Source of the DNA: Methanomassiliicoccales archaeon
GTDB lineage: Archaea; Thermoplasmatota; Thermoplasmata; Methanomassiliicoccales; UBA472
Assembly (NCBI GenBank): GCA_013415865.1
Contig: CP058896.1
Coordinates: 971,957 to 1,035,956 of the forward strand
DNA length: 64,000 nucleotides
Reading direction: 5' to 3'
The first letter of the stretch is position 1. Every line of letters starts with the position of its first letter. The notes under the pieces are model-generated. The model ran no database searches and had not been told where the DNA came from. It saw only the letters and a list, made by a program, of their open reading frames with translations. Of the stretch, positions 43,328-51,460 are shown piece by piece. Position numbers and translations under genes: made by a program.

Positions 43328-44242
43328 TCATAGGTATGGGGCCGCCCTTTCCATCACCATGTCCCAGGTAGGGATGAAGGTCAAGGAGCCTCTGCTCTCT
43401 ATGACGAAAGAGGCGGCCGAGCTTCCTAGTACCCCGCACTCGAACAGACTGAGATCTCTGTAGAGGCCCGCATAGAACCCGGCCCTGTAGGCATCTCCAC
43501 AACCGGTCGTGTCAACGATGCTGCGCGGATGGACCACGGGTATCTCCACCCTCGATTCCTTGGTTAGTATGACGCTGCCCTTGGCCCCCCTCGTGCTGAC
43601 CACCATCGGTACGAGGTCGAGAAGTTCCTCTTCTTTGGTCGTTCCCGTATAACGCAAGGCCGTGGAGAGCTCGCTCTCGTTGCAGAACAGGATGTCGCTG
43701 AGCGCGAGCGCCTTACTGAAACGCCCAGGGTCCCAGACGTGATGGACCTCCTGCGCGGGGTCGAAGCCGACCTTCTTCCCTTTGCTCCTGAGCTTTTCCA
43801 TGACCTTCAGATAATAATCAGGGCGCCCGGTCATGATGTGCGCCCTTTGGGACCTCTCGGCCATGTCCGTGATGGGATGGATGGTGTCCATGGCCCCCAT
43901 GGGGCCTTGGTAGACGAACGCTATCTGGTTGTGCTCTTTGTCTGAGACTATCCAGACCGTAGGGGTCTCATAGCCTTCCACGACCTTAAGGTCTGTAAGG
44001 TCCACGCCGAAGCGTTCCATCATCCTGCGGAACTCGATGGGCATGTCCGTTCCGACGAAGGATGCCAATGCGGTCGGGACGCCAAGGGCGGAGGCCATGG
44101 TCGCGACGTTCGCGGCGGTACCTCCAAAATACCTCTTTTTCTCAATGATATCGACCGAGGTGTTCTTCGGGGGAAGCCTCTCCAGGCTCATGATGAAGTC
44201 TAGATTCGTGTGACCATAGACACATAGGAACGGGTCCGGCAT
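43328..44242 (-). CDS. PfkB-family carbohydrate/nucleoside kinase
   Basis: ORF track 43328..44260. I prefer ATG 44242, which overlaps the ahcY stop (TGATG). Contains GGTAANVA and the C-terminal DTTGCGDAYRAGF motif. Confidence 0.85.
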   Translation of the reverse strand: MPDPFLCVYGHTNLDFIMSLERLPPKNTSVDIIEKKRYFGGTAANVATMASALGVPTALASFVGTDMPIEFRRMMERFGVDLTDLKVVEGYETPTVWIVSDKEHNQIAFVYQGPMGAMDTIHPITDMAERSQRAHIMTGRPDYYLKVMEKLRSKGKKVGFDPAQEVHHVWDPGRFSKALALSDILFCNESELSTALRYTGTTKEEELLDLVPMVVSTRGAKGSVILTKESRVEIPVVHPRSIVDTTGCGDAYRAGFYAGLYRDLSLFECGVLGSSAASFVIESRGSLTFIPTWDMVMERAAPYL

Positions 44243-45483
44243 CAGGTCCCCTCTTTCCACTCCTCAAGATACTTCCTCTGCCCAGGGGTCAGCACGTCGA
44301 TCTTTGACCCCAGGGAGCGGAGCGCCAGATGAGCAACTTCCTCATCGATCTCCCTCGGAACGTCGTATACCTTGTTCTCCAACCTCGGATGCTCCTTTAC
44401 AAGATGTTCAAGGCACAGTGCCTGGATGGCAAAGCTCATATCCATTATCTCCACGGGATGCCCCTGCCCGGCGGCCAGGTTCATCAACCTGCCCTCCGCG
44501 ATAAGGTAGACCTTCCTTCCATCTCTCAGTACGTACTCGTCCACGAACTCCCTGACCTTCCTCGGCCTCGACGCCGCTTCCGCGAGCGCGACCTTGCTGA
44601 TCTCATTGTCGAAATGTCCTGAGTTCCCCATGACGCAACCGTCCTTGATCACCTCGAGGTGCTCCTTCCTGATGATGTCCTTGCATCCTGTGGCCGAGAT
44701 TATGATGTCCGCCCGGGACGCTGCCTCCATCATCGGCATCACCTGGTGCCCGTCCATCCTCGCCTCGATCGCCCGGACGGGGTCCACCTCCGTCACGATA
44801 ACATTAGCACCAAGCCCCTTCGCCCTCATGGCTATGCCCCTTCCACACCAGCCATAACCGGCAACGACCAAGGTCTTCCCTGCGACCAACAGGTTGGTCG
44901 CGTTCATCCACCCATCGAACGTGCTCTGTCCGGTCCCATACCTGTTGTCAAAAAGATGTTTCATCTGTGCATCGTTGACCGAGATCACAGGAAAGCACAG
45001 GCGGCCCTCCTTGGCCATGGCCCTTAATCTGATGACGCCCGTGGTGGTCTCTTCGTTGCCGCCCTTGACGTTGGCGAGAAGGTCCCTTCTCGTGGTGTGC
45101 AGGAGGGTGATGAGGTCCGCGCCATCGTCGACGACGTAATCAGGCCTCATGTCAAGGACCGCGCCCAGGTTGGCATAGTACTCCTCGGTGCTCTCCCATT
45201 TTTTGGCATATACCTTGACCCCATAGTCCTCCCTCAGGGAGGTTGCTACAGAATCGTCCGTGGACAATGGGTTGCAGCTGGCCAGCCTTACCTCGGCACC
45301 CGCCCTGGCAAGCCATACCGCCAACATGCCGGTCTTCGCCTCCACATGAAGGGCCATACCGACCTTCACACCTGTCAACGTCTGCTCCTGGACCATCCTG
45401 TTGCCTATCTCTTTCATCACCCTCATATGGGTCTCTGCCCATTCCAGCCTTCTCTTGCCCTTGGCCCTGAGCTCATCGTCCAT
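44242..45483 (-). CDS. ahcY: S-adenosyl-L-homocysteine hydrolase
   Basis: ORF track (413 aa). NAD site VVAGYGWCGRG and the HFDNEI motif. Confidence 0.95.
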   Translation of the reverse strand: MDDELRAKGKRRLEWAETHMRVMKEIGNRMVQEQTLTGVKVGMALHVEAKTGMLAVWLARAGAEVRLASCNPLSTDDSVATSLREDYGVKVYAKKWESTEEYYANLGAVLDMRPDYVVDDGADLITLLHTTRRDLLANVKGGNEETTTGVIRLRAMAKEGRLCFPVISVNDAQMKHLFDNRYGTGQSTFDGWMNATNLLVAGKTLVVAGYGWCGRGIAMRAKGLGANVIVTEVDPVRAIEARMDGHQVMPMMEAASRADIIISATGCKDIIRKEHLEVIKDGCVMGNSGHFDNEISKVALAEAASRPRKVREFVDEYVLRDGRKVYLIAEGRLMNLAAGQGHPVEIMDMSFAIQALCLEHLVKEHPRLENKVYDVPREIDEEVAHLALRSLGSKIDVLTPGQRKYLEEWKEGT

Positions 45484-45489
45484 CCAGGA

Positions 45490-46254
45490 TCACCTTCTTA
45501 GGCAGGCCTCGCCCCTCCCCCTCATTAGATTAGAGCATATGATGACCATCATCTCCTCCAGGCATCTCCTGTTATCATGACCCGCGATGGCGTTCTTTCT
45601 TGCGACCGCATCCTCCTTCATACGCTCCGCCGCCGTGATCATGTTTGCCACCGCCCTTGTGAGCTCGTCGACTATGGTCACGTGAGCGGTCTGTGCCGTC
45701 CTTGACAATGGGTTAAGGTCGATGGCTATGACCTTCTTCCCTGCCTTTACCAACGCCTCGGCCCGGTCGCCGTCCTCCAATGGTATGAGCACCACGTCTG
45801 CGGCCATAATGCCCTCCTTCGTGCACTTGGCCCTGTCGGAGGCTATACCTGGTAAAACCGCATCAGGCTCCCTTCCCAGGACCTTCATCCCACCTTCTTT
45901 CTCAACGTAAGCGCAGACCTTTTCGACCCTTTCGTCGGTGCGGTGGAATAAGTTCACCTCGACCTTTGCCCCTACTAGCTTGGCCAGTTCAACGAGCTCT
46001 TTTGCGGCAAGGCCCGCCGCGTTACCGTTGACCGTTATGACGGGCGATCTCGCCTCGAGCAAAAGAGCGGCAGCGGCCTCTTCCGCTCCAAGAGCTGGGG
46101 GATTTGTCCTCTCTCCGATAAGATAGTCGAACGCCTCGCCTCTCCCATGAGCGATGAGGCCGGTCGGGGCGACGATCCCCAGCGAGACCAGCTCGCTCAT
46201 CCTTTCCCGCGTCACCAAAGACCTATAGCGGGGATGGTCCTTCGATATTTCCAC
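45490..46254 (-). CDS. 4-phosphopantoate--beta-alanine ligase (archaeal phosphopantothenate synthetase)
   Basis: ORF track (254 aa). N-terminal HPRYRSLVTRERMSELVSLGIVAPTGLIAHGRGEAFDYLIGE matches my recollection of the archaeal PPS (COG1701) family. Confidence 0.65.
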   Translation of the reverse strand: MEISKDHPRYRSLVTRERMSELVSLGIVAPTGLIAHGRGEAFDYLIGERTNPPALGAEEAAAALLLEARSPVITVNGNAAGLAAKELVELAKLVGAKVEVNLFHRTDERVEKVCAYVEKEGGMKVLGREPDAVLPGIASDRAKCTKEGIMAADVVLIPLEDGDRAEALVKAGKKVIAIDLNPLSRTAQTAHVTIVDELTRAVANMITAAERMKEDAVARKNAIAGHDNRRCLEEMMVIICSNLMRGRGEACLRR

Positions 46255-46462
46255 ATAAAGGGGAACGCTCTATGCAATAAAGATATTGAGGGCGGAAGGG
46301 ACAAGGACCGCTCCGTTCCTGAAAAAAGAGGTACTTCTTATCTACGTGGAATTTTTATATATGCCGCATGCAAAAGCAAATATATGTTTGGGTAAGGTTT
46401 AAATATTTGTTTCTTATTTGGTTCCCTAACGCCGGTTAATATCGGCAAGACCCTGGTGAAGT

Positions 46463-46744
46463 ATGCGGTTTCTTGGGAATGTCCAAGAAGTGAGTTTTGA
46501 TGGCAAGCTTATCGTTCGCGGTTCCTTCGCCCCACAGTCTCATTCCAGAGTTGTGGACAACAGACAGAGGCCTGTGGGCAAGGTCGCGAGGGTCTTCGGG
46601 CCAGTAGAAGCACCTTACGTCACTGTGGAGCCAACAGGCGGATCTTCGCTGCTCTCCGCCATAGGGAAGCAGCTATATGTGGAGGAGGTCGGAACAACTG
46701 CCAAAACCAAGGGAAGGGACAGACGAGATAGAAAGATGTCCTGA
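46463..46744 (+). CDS. gar1: H/ACA RNP protein Gar1
   Basis: ORF track (93 aa). Contains [17 protein letters not shown]...[26 protein letters not shown] and a basic tail. Confidence 0.8.
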   Translation: MRFLGNVQEVSFDGKLIVRGSFAPQSHSRVVDNRQRPVGKVARVFGPVEAPYVTVEPTGGSSLLSAIGKQLYVEEVGTTAKTKGRDRRDRKMS

Positions 46745-47630
46745 GTGCAACAGCGGTCACCTGGTCAGGGACTATGAGAGAGGTGAGTTGATCTGCGAGG
46801 AGTGCGGCCTGGTCATAGACGACCAGTTCATCGACCTTGGTCCTGAGTGGAGGGCTTTCGATGTCGAGCAGGGCGAGAAGCGGGCCCGCACCGGTGCCCC
46901 CATGACATATACCATACACGACAAGGGGCTATCGACCGAGATCTCCTGGAAGAACAAGGACTCCTACGGAAAGAGCATCCCGACAAGGAACCGCGCGCAG
47001 CTCTACCGTCTCCGCAAGTGGCAGAGAAGGATCCGCGTGTCCAACGCCACCGAGAGGAACCTTGCGTTCGCCCTGAGCGAGCTGGACAGGATGGCCTCCG
47101 CCATGGGCCTCCCGCGGAACGTGAGGGAGACCGCCGCCATGGTCTATAGGAAAGCGGTCAACAAGAACCTCATAAGAGGAAGGAGCATCGAGGGTGTCGT
47201 TGCCGCATCGCTCTACGCCGCGTGCAGGCAGTGCAACGTCCCAAGGACCCTCGATGAGGTCGCAAACTCCTCAAGGGTAGGGAGAAAGGAGATTGGGCGC
47301 ACGTACCGTTTCATGACGAGGGAATTGAAGCTCAAGCTCATGCCCACCCGCCCACAGGACTATGTCCAGAGGTTCTGCTCCGAACTGAAACTGAGCGGAG
47401 AGGTCCAGGCCAAGGCCGCGGACATACTGAAGGACGCGGCAAAAAAAGAGCTGACATCTGGACGAGGCCCTACGGGGGTTGCGGCCGCTGCCATCTACAT
47501 CGCCTCGATATTGTGCAATGAGCGCAGGACGCAGCGCGAGGTAGCGGACATAGCCGGGGTGACGGAGGTCACCATCCGTAACCGTTACAAGGAGCTGACG
47601 GAGAAGCTGGGGATAGAGATCCAGCTCTGA
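46677..47630 (+). CDS. tfb: Transcription initiation factor TFB
   Basis: ORF track (317 aa). Zinc ribbon [25 protein letters not shown]-reader/linker and two cyclin folds. The only in-frame start is ATG 46677, which gives a 68-nt overlap with gar1. Confidence 0.93.
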   Translation: MWRRSEQLPKPREGTDEIERCPECNSGHLVRDYERGELICEECGLVIDDQFIDLGPEWRAFDVEQGEKRARTGAPMTYTIHDKGLSTEISWKNKDSYGKSIPTRNRAQLYRLRKWQRRIRVSNATERNLAFALSELDRMASAMGLPRNVRETAAMVYRKAVNKNLIRGRSIEGVVAASLYAACRQCNVPRTLDEVANSSRVGRKEIGRTYRFMTRELKLKLMPTRPQDYVQRFCSELKLSGEVQAKAADILKDAAKKELTSGRGPTGVAAAAIYIASILCNERRTQREVADIAGVTEVTIRNRYKELTEKLGIEIQL

Positions 47631-47726
47631 AAACCTTTCTTTTCCAGCCCGGGCCCGATGGTCCTGGGCCTAAAACGTATTATATAGCTCGGTCGTTTTT
47701 CAAAAAAAGGACTTGAGGTGCATCGA

Positions 47727-48713
47727 ATGGACAAGAAATTCCTATTGTTGAGGCCCTTGGCCGTTTGGATGATATTTGCTGGACTGCTCACCCTGATAAC
47801 TACGGTGGCTGTCACCTTCATCTTCGGGGTCCTCAGCTCTATTGTGGGTTTCATATCGCTCCTGTTCCTTGTCTTCCTCGCGGCCTATGAGATGGCGACC
47901 TTCCGTTCCATCTGGATAGCCCAGGTGGGGGAATGGGCCAACATAATCAAGGCCTTGGGCGTGAGCGTGGTCGTCAGGGCGGTCTTATTGTCTTTGACCT
48001 TCTCAGCATACGGCGATGGCTTCACCGGGAGCGACCGGGTGCTCCTCGATGCGCTCTTCCTTCTCAACGTCGCTTCGATCCTGATAGAGGCTGGAGGATT
48101 GGCATTCATATTCATGAAGAAACAATACTTCCTCCCTTCCCAAGAGGAGATAGATGCGGTCATGCGCCGCCTCAGGGCGGTTGGCACTACCACGGTCGCC
48201 GAATGCCCTACCTGCAGACAGTTGGTCGAAGCGGATTGGCGCTGCTGTCCCACCTGCGGGACTGGCCTCCCGAAGTTCTGTGCGTCCTGCAAGGCCGAGG
48301 TAGGGGGCGAAGATGTAAAATGCCCCAAGTGCGGGGCAGATGTCGTTCCGACAGAGGCCATCGAGAGCCTCATCAGGACGATGAAGGAGACGGCCGAACA
48401 GCCGGCCATGCCGGAAACGAGGTCGGTCCGTTACGCGAGATATGCCGAGGCGCTGCTGAAGGGAGGCCGTGTGGAGGAGGCGATCGAGGCCTACAGGCAG
48501 GCCATCCACTACACCAAGTTCGTAAGGAAACAGACGAACTTCCTCGTCAAGATGGCCACCATCTACAAGAACACTGGAAAGCAGAAGGAGGCCGCCGAGC
48601 TGTTGAATGCGGCGATCGAGCTTGACTCTGAGGACATCGCAGGTGCCAGAAAGGCATTGGAGGACCTTATGGCCCCTGTTGCCGGGGACGGGACGAAGAC
48701 CGTCAAGGCCTGA
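47727..48713 (+). CDS. Membrane protein with cytoplasmic double zinc ribbon and TPR-like C-terminus
   Basis: ORF track 47718..48713 (GTG). I prefer ATG 47727 with a GAGGTG 7 nt upstream. It has about 4 TM helices, then CPTCRQ...CCPTCG and CASCKA...CPKCG, then a helical repeat tail. Confidence 0.6.
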   Translation: MDKKFLLLRPLAVWMIFAGLLTLITTVAVTFIFGVLSSIVGFISLLFLVFLAAYEMATFRSIWIAQVGEWANIIKALGVSVVVRAVLLSLTFSAYGDGFTGSDRVLLDALFLLNVASILIEAGGLAFIFMKKQYFLPSQEEIDAVMRRLRAVGTTTVAECPTCRQLVEADWRCCPTCGTGLPKFCASCKAEVGGEDVKCPKCGADVVPTEAIESLIRTMKETAEQPAMPETRSVRYARYAEALLKGGRVEEAIEAYRQAIHYTKFVRKQTNFLVKMATIYKNTGKQKEAAELLNAAIELDSEDIAGARKALEDLMAPVAGDGTKTVKA

Positions 48714-49758
48714 CCCGCTTCAGCTTTGCATATTGCACCCTGTCTTCTCCAACCCGCCCGAAAAGTACCTCTTTTTTGACCCCGTGGGCCAGACGGATGG
48801 CCCTCGATACCTCGGCCCAGATGGTCACATAGTCCTCAGGTACCGCGTGAACAAGATATTTCGAGTGGTGATTTCCTGGATCGCCCTCGTAGACGCGGAA
48901 ATGGGTCCCATACTTGAACCCTGTCTTTACCACCAGGCCTCTGGACCTTAGGTCCGTGAAGGCCTTTAACCTCATATCGAAATCTGGCTGCACTGCCCTG
49001 GCCCTCTTGTTGAACGCTATCTCCCTGATGTTCCTACCAGACCTGCTGGAACGGACGGTGAGCCTTCCCAAGGACTGAAGATGGGCGGCCTCTATCAACG
49101 AGAGCTGGAGGAATCTTCCGACCTTCTTTCCATAGAACCCCTCCTTTATTAGGGCGTCCGCCTCGGCCTCGTCGATGACGAGCACGCTGTCCTCTACCAG
49201 AATCCCCTTTGCGTCCTCGATCATCGGTTCTTTCTCAAGCTCCCCATGAGGGTCGGCCCTTTCCGCCTCATAATACGTTATGTCGCCCTCCTCGTCGACG
49301 ACGGCCAGAAGCAGCTCCTTCCTTGTCCGTTCGGATATTTCTGCCTGCGCTAACATATCCACGATGCTAAACGAGGATCTTTCAGACACTGCGAGCACCC
49401 ACGCCTTTGTTTGGGATGTCGTCGGGGTCCCGCCCCTTGGGAATATCCTGAAATCGAAATCCCCCCCATCAAGCTTGACGATATACCCCCGCTGTCGGAG
49501 GTCCCGATAGACCAGGAAGCGCGTGTGGAAATCCTGCCTGCTCCCTACGCCGGCATGGACGAGCTCTTGCAGGCCTATCTCCTTTCCATCTGAGAACACC
49601 TTTAACCGGTCACTTTCTGTAAGATAGATGGCCTCCATTATGTCGAGCTCCAGGCTCCCACCCCGCTGCGGATATCCATAATAACCGCGGTTGTAGATCT
49701 GGCTCGCCTCGGACTGGTCCTCGATGATCACAAAGTCGCCACGGAGTTCGCCTGGCAT
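48703..49758 (-). CDS. endA: tRNA-splicing endonuclease EndA, two-domain (alpha'2 homodimer-type) form
   Basis: ORF track (351 aa). The C-terminal unit keeps the catalytic Tyr/His/Lys context (FRVYEG, HSKYLVHAV, GVKKEV). The N-terminal unit is a degenerate copy (FRIFPRG, KAWVLAV). Confidence 0.85.
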   Translation of the reverse strand: MPGELRGDFVIIEDQSEASQIYNRGYYGYPQRGGSLELDIMEAIYLTESDRLKVFSDGKEIGLQELVHAGVGSRQDFHTRFLVYRDLRQRGYIVKLDGGDFDFRIFPRGGTPTTSQTKAWVLAVSERSSFSIVDMLAQAEISERTRKELLLAVVDEEGDITYYEAERADPHGELEKEPMIEDAKGILVEDSVLVIDEAEADALIKEGFYGKKVGRFLQLSLIEAAHLQSLGRLTVRSSRSGRNIREIAFNKRARAVQPDFDMRLKAFTDLRSRGLVVKTGFKYGTHFRVYEGDPGNHHSKYLVHAVPEDYVTIWAEVSRAIRLAHGVKKEVLFGRVGEDRVQYAKLKRVRP

Positions 49759-49873
49759 CAGACCTTAAGAGGGATGCCGTAGTTAAATATTGTCTGGGGC
49801 TTGGTCTTCGATGATCGATCGTGTCCCGGACCGGGTAGAACGAGAATATTAAATAAGAGGATGTACAAGTAAT

Positions 49874-49884
49874 GTATACAACTT
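49874..49884 (+). promoter_or_regulatory. Shared promoter/operator core GTATACAACTT (copy 1, upstream of the wHTH regulator gene)
   Basis: The identical 11-mer ends exactly 26 nt before ATG 49910. It is followed by nnnGTTGnnATC, as in copy 2. A TATA-like aatattaaataa lies at 49845..49856. Confidence 0.55.
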
Positions 49885-49909
49885 GTAGTTGATATCTAAG
49901 GTGGCCCCT

Positions 49910-50575
49910 ATGGACGAGCTCGACATGCTGCTCTCGGTGATAGAGAACCCTACGAGAAGGAAGATACTGGAGGCGCTGATGCGTGAACCGCATTATCCAC
50001 TTCAGCTCTCCAGGGAGCTGGGCCTAAGCCAGCAAGGGATAATGAAGCACCTCAAGGTGTTGGAGGACTACGACCTTGTCAGGTCTTACAGCGAGGAGAG
50101 CGACCAGGGGGGCCCATCAAGGAAGATCTATGTTCCGACCACCGGGTTCACGATCACGGTGGACATCGGGCCAGGTCTTTTCAACACAGAGCTCGTGAAA
50201 AGGGTCCTTGAGATGGACGATGTCAATGAAAAGGAGATGTCCAGTTCAGATCTGAAAGAATTCAAGGACAAGCTCATGCAGGCGAGGGGCAAGATCAGGG
50301 ACATCGACCGGGAACTGGAGGCGCTTGCGGAGAGGAGGGCCCGCCTGATACAGGAGAAGGAAAAGAGCCTGAACGACGCGTACAATCTGATCGAGGCGCT
50401 TATCGATGATTACCATGAAAGGCGCGTTCTTTATGCCTATATGCAAAGACCTGAGCTTGACGAGAAGGACCTGGCCCGTACGCTGGGCCTTAGGGACGAG
50501 TATGTGAAGGATACTCTAGAGAGATATGCCGGGGGTGTAAAAGATGACCGAAGGGGGCAGCGACAGGAGCGATAA
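49910..50575 (+). CDS. Winged-helix (ArsR/Phr-like) regulator with long C-terminal coiled coil; candidate heat-shock regulator
   Basis: ORF track 49889..50575 (TTG). I prefer ATG 49910 (MDELDMLLSVIENPTRRKILEALMREPHYPLQLSRELGLSQQGIMKHLKVLEDYDLV), followed by a coiled-coil region. Confidence 0.75.
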   Translation: MDELDMLLSVIENPTRRKILEALMREPHYPLQLSRELGLSQQGIMKHLKVLEDYDLVRSYSEESDQGGPSRKIYVPTTGFTITVDIGPGLFNTELVKRVLEMDDVNEKEMSSSDLKEFKDKLMQARGKIRDIDRELEALAERRARLIQEKEKSLNDAYNLIEALIDDYHERRVLYAYMQRPELDEKDLARTLGLRDEYVKDTLERYAGGVKDDRRGQRQER

Positions 50576-50849
50576 ATACGTCGAGGAACTGAAAAAGTTG
50601 CTGGATGATGCTCAGAAAGACTTTGAGAAGGGGATCAAGGAGATCGACCGATTAGGAAAGATCGTCTTTGAAGATGTCAGAAAGGGGATCAAGGAGACAA
50701 AGATGGATGTAAGAGAGACCACCGGAAAGGTTAGGGAAGACCTTGAAAAGGAGCTCCCGGGCATCAAGGCCGAGGTGAAAGAGTTCCAGAGAAAGATGGA
50801 GAGGCATCTGCGGGACCTTGAGGAGGAGCTTAAAAGGGTGTTAAAGTAA
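50544..50849 (+). CDS. Small charged coiled-coil protein (101 aa)
   Basis: ORF track. Lys/Glu-rich heptad-like sequence. It overlaps the upstream gene's end by 32 nt. Confidence 0.5.
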   Translation: MTEGGSDRSDKYVEELKKLLDDAQKDFEKGIKEIDRLGKIVFEDVRKGIKETKMDVRETTGKVREDLEKELPGIKAEVKEFQRKMERHLRDLEEELKRVLK

Positions 50850-50888
50850 AATTTAAATAGAAGCGCAAACTATACTATACATTGTAAA

Positions 50889-50899
50889 GTATACAACTT
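50889..50899 (+). promoter_or_regulatory. Shared promoter/operator core GTATACAACTT (copy 2, upstream of hsp20)
   Basis: The identical 11-mer ends exactly 26 nt before ATG 50925. ACAAC-N5-GTTGT dyad. A TATA-like atttaaatag lies at 50851..50860. Confidence 0.55.
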
Positions 50900-50924
50900 A
50901 AGGTTGTAATCAGGAGGGATCGAC

Positions 50925-51392
50925 ATGGACGCGAAAAGAAGGACAGAACTGGTCCCGTTCCAGTGGGGACCTATGAGCATCTTCGAGGAGCTTGAGAGGT
51001 TCATAAATGACAGGACCATGGACCTTGACAGGTTCTGGTTCCCCCAGGTCGTCGCGGGAGGGTACAGGGTACCTGCCATCGACCTTAGAGAGGAAGGGGA
51101 CAGGTATGTGCTCACAGCAGACCTGCCTGGTATGTCCAAGGAGGACGTGAACATCGAGATCGGCGATGGCGTTGTGGAGATCACCGCCAAGAAGGAGACC
51201 TCCAAGGATGAGGAGAAGGAGGGCTACATCCGCAAGGAGCGCGGGTCCATGTACTACCACCGGAGGCTGGCGATGCCCGAGAACGTCGACACGGAGGGCA
51301 TCTCAGCAAAGCTTAACAACGGGGTGTTGGAGCTGACGCTCCCGAAGGTTAAGGAAGCGGAGAGGGCCAAGAGGAAGGTCGACATCCAATGA
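50925..51392 (+). CDS. hsp20: Small heat-shock protein (Hsp20/alpha-crystallin)
   Basis: ORF track (155 aa). ACD core: PAIDLREEGDRYVLTADLPGMSKEDVNIEI...GVLELTLPK. Confidence 0.92.
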   Translation: MDAKRRTELVPFQWGPMSIFEELERFINDRTMDLDRFWFPQVVAGGYRVPAIDLREEGDRYVLTADLPGMSKEDVNIEIGDGVVEITAKKETSKDEEKEGYIRKERGSMYYHRRLAMPENVDTEGISAKLNNGVLELTLPKVKEAERAKRKVDIQ

Positions 51393-51460
51393 TGTCGGCC
51401 ATCAAAACCCTTTATTGATGAACGATAGGATGATAAATTGAAGATGGACAAGGAAAAGAT

